Source of the DNA: Phoronis australis | Lineage: Eukaryota > Animalia > Phoronida | DNA length: 58,688 bases | Assembly: GCA_002633005.1 (NCBI GenBank) | Contig: NMRA01000061.1 | Coordinates: forward strand, 1,156,376 to 1,215,063 | Direction: 5' to 3' | Shown here: positions 55,216 through 58,688 of the stretch, piece by piece | Layout of the letters: every line of letters starts with the position of its first letter | Position numbering within the stretch: the first letter of the stretch is position 1 | The notes under the pieces: generated by a model | Told to the model about the DNA's origin: nothing | The model's database searches: none | The model's input: the letters and a program-made list of their open reading frames with translations, nothing else | Made by a program: the position numbers and the translations under genes

Positions 55216-56089
55216 CTGATAGGTTCCTCGGTGATATGTGTGTAAGATGCGATGCTCGTGCTTATGATTCCATGGTAACCTTGCATTTGCTACCCTATCG
55301 CCTGCTCACTTAGTTTACGAAGTCAGGGGCTTATTGCTTTTGCGATCTGTAATTGGTCAGTTCCTGCACAAACAGCGACATCTGCAGTCTGGGCCACTTT
55401 AATGAAAAGTGACATTGTCCGGCCGGTTACTACATCATTTCATAACGATCAAAGCCGTCGTACTGTGTTTAAGTTACACAGATGGCAGGAGTATCACTGG
55501 TCGTGGAATAAAAGAACGTCGTTACAGCTGTAAACGAACCGTTACCTACACTGGGTACCGCTCGATCCGCACGTTATAATTTATGCTACGTTTCTCGTTG
55601 CACAGCTCCAGATTCCCCATGCGTGTTGACAAAACATTATTACAATGACGTCACTGAGCTACATGAATAATAAACCTATAGTAGACCAGTCCTGAAGCAG
55701 CTCATCACCCATGCAACACACTGTACACCCCCTTCTTTTATTACAAATTTATCTGTCACTATTTCATATCCGAATTATGTAATTCGTCATTCTAATAAAG
55801 GCAAACTTATTATTGCATTTTGTGTTTCAATGCTGACACCAAGATATTTACAATAAGAGACAATATCACTGCTGGATGTTTTGAAGTTCCTTTATTAATT
55901 AACTCAGGGGTGCCTGCCATTTTGAAAAGTAGGTCAGACATGCCGTGCATTTTTCTACTTCCGTGACAGAGGAGAGTTTAATCATTTAAAGATAACGTTG
56001 ATTTTAATGTAACACAACATGAAAATAAAAAAAACCTTCAGGACCATAAACATTTGAAGTCTGGTCTGCGCGCCACCTGTTTTCCACAT

Positions 56090-56165
56090 CGCGTGACCTA
56101 ATGAACGTGAGTCCGTCTGCCCGGTTAGCAGAAAGTCTTGGGTTCGAGTTACCGGCCGGTCGGGT
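56090..56165 (+). mobile_element. tRNA-derived SINE head remnant
   Basis: A-box-like tgacctaatga and B-box-like ggttcgagtta at tRNA-like spacing. Confidence 0.35.
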
Positions 56166-58688
56166 GCAGAAGCCTTTTCGGACTTATGTTCATTGACCAA
56201 AAGACTTGTTTGATAGTTATTCAAAATTGTGGAGAAACGTGCGTTTCATTCATCGGTTAAAAGTTAGATAAGATATCTGGAAGGACGAGATACTAATAGT
56301 TGTATATTAAACTATAAGTGTTGGCTGCGCTATTAGCCGAGGTTGTTACGCAGAGTATTTTCACGAAAACGGGGTGCCACACGGCTATTTGCACGTGGCA
56401 TCAATGCAACACGTCTAGTTAAACATAATACAGATTTACGGACATTTCGCCGACTCTATTTCCCCCCTTAAAGTCAATGCGAGCAGGAATGCAACCTGCA
56501 CGTTTTTTTCGGAAGGTTGTGGCAGATGAACAAACAGCCACCAGGTGGCCCACGAGTCGACTCAAGTAGAACTGCCTAACTCGTGTCGTAGAAATCAATG
56601 ACATTTCGTGAGTCCGCTCGAGCACGGTTCAGCAACAGGACAGTTCACAAAAATGGAAGGCAGAAATGATGCCTTTGCATTGCTTTTGGTGCCCAGAACT
56701 ACAAAGTAATGTCAGTACTTTTTCGCCTGAACATACGGCATGTACCGGTAGTTAAATGTGGAGATAACGTGACGGATATCAGCCAAGCACGATAATACAC
56801 GATAATATTGACTTATGAATGGCAAACAGTTAGGCAGACGGTAATCGACATTACGTTGTACTTGTTTCCACGATTTCAGTCAGATTTTAGTGCCACAAGA
56901 AATTTCGGGTTCGAGTTCCGCCCGCACAAACTTCAAAATTTTCTTCAGTTTCAGATGACAAGGCGACTTTGTGCTGCAAATATCTCCATCTGTAGCCTTA
57001 GACAATTGATGGGTATTTTCTGATTCACTGTCACCAATTTTCATTTCAACCCCATATCACTCAGTAGCGAATTCTATTCCTAATGTCGCTACCCGAGTCG
57101 CTAAGTTTAGTTGAGTCGCTACCCATAGGGTGGTCATCGGGGACCTAGAAATTCTTTCTTGATGTAGCCCCCTGAAGCGCTTTAGCAGGGTTGTAACCTT
57201 GACAACCTTGAGGATTTTTATATATGCAAATTAAGGCTGCCCTTATGCAAAGGTCTGTTTTACCTTATAATTTCCTTATCAAGCACCGTAATTACATTAT
57301 TTTGATATTTTACCTATGTTTCCAAGATCAGTAAAATTTATGAAGCTAATTCGCAGGTAAATATATAGTGAGTTTGCATAATTTATGCAAAATACGGTCG
57401 TTATTATTTAAAAATCTTCTTCTGTGCCAAACACTACAAGGAAATGACATTGTTACTTTCACACGTTTCTATGGATAATTGATTTAATAGTCAGTTTGCA
57501 GGTTTCTGCATGAAAACTTATCGTTATTTATGAAAATAATGACCGCCATTATATAAAATTGTTTCTGCTCGTGATTGCCTCACGTGACACTACATGTAAA
57601 TCATTTTGATATTTGCATCTATGTTTTCGTGATCAATGAATTTAGTTAGGTGATCATTAATAATTAATTTTAATTATTTATACACACATACGTAGGCATT
57701 ATCTATTTTTAACTACCTTTATAAAGTGTGGTTTAAATATATACAATTAATTACATAGCATGCACGTGATTCAAGCAATTGCAATTAATTACAGTTTCCA
57801 CGCGTCATTAATTCGTGCGCCAGTTATTAATTATTTTGTTATTGTTGTACATCCGGTTGTGCGACACCTGTTGAGGACGTTTACTTCGACCAACATTGCA
57901 TTACGACTTTGCGTTTGATTATAGTTCCACATTTCGCTGCGCTTTGGTGTTTGTTTATCTACTGGCGATGCTTTTTTTCCACGAAGGATAGTGTTCAGTG
58001 GATGACTTAATAGCATGCTATCAAGGGGTGGGAATAATTCCATGATCGCTCCTCTACATTGCAGTCATGATACCCTAAGCTCCATTCCGGGATGAGCAGA
58101 TCCCAAACCTGTGGTACAAATCCCCATATTTGCACCCTAAACTCCAGACGGGCACCAAAAATGTTCCATACGCGATGACCAAATTTCAATTCCGGGTACC
58201 AGTTATTATGATTTTCAAGAAAGTCAATTTCTTTGGGAGGTGGTCAGTTCCGTACTTTCGTTGGTCATGCCTGCAAAATTCGTTAACGAAAGCGAGAACT
58301 TCAACACTTGATTTAAAACTTTAGATTTCAAGATCTCTTACTTTCTTATAGCAATATTATAGCGCTGTACACTGTAATACATTATAGTTTAATATAATAT
58401 CTAATATAAATTTCTACACAATGTTTTTTAACTTTTCCATTCTAACAGCATCAGTCAAAAACAATACACCATGAAAAGTTCTAAAGTAAGCTTCTACTAA
58501 ATACTGGGATTCTCTATGTTCAGTTAATTTTTGCCAATTTTTGCCTGTTTTATAGTTCTTTAAATTTTCTTGTATTTTTGTTTTCTTTACTGTTTGTTAC
58601 ATAATACGGTCTATAAAAGGTTATCTTGAGTAAAATGGTAACATGATACGTTTTTACTCAGAACAGCTGTACAGCATATAGTAAAGAC

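Noticed and set aside
52500-58688. Short ORFs in the distal region, e.g. 53068-53421 and 54631-54849
   Set aside because: No recognisable domains or splice chain; the region looks intergenic or regulatory with repeats.

Overview
Intron-rich, AT-rich eukaryotic (invertebrate animal) genomic DNA. Most six-frame ORFs are spurious or exon fragments. I assembled three spliced genes by hand from GT-AG junctions and phase compatibility. (1) The 3' part of a REEP5/6 (DP1/Yop1) ER-shaping gene on + (exons 4119-4257, 6154-6310, 16773-16855), with candidate alternative last exons inside its 10.5 kb final intron. (2) A complete 8-exon, 419-aa secreted copper type II ascorbate-dependent monooxygenase on - (28685-19500). 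It belongs to the DBH/PHM/MOXD family, keeps all six Cu ligands, lacks a DOMON domain and ends in a 6-Cys tail. (3) An ANKDD1-type ankyrin-repeat plus death-domain gene on - (13 confident exons, 46450-32164, probable start at 48806) ending in the CaaX motif CCLS. Introns and intergenic DNA hold a decayed LINE RT, a Penelope-like GIY-YIG remnant with inverted terminal repeats carrying minimal hammerhead-ribozyme motifs, a Kolobok-like TIR element, several MITEs, tRNA-derived SINE remnants, tandem repeats and CTCF-like motifs. A duplication beside the single N at 43564 is probably a haplotype assembly artefact. No CRISPR array, rRNA or intact tRNA was seen.
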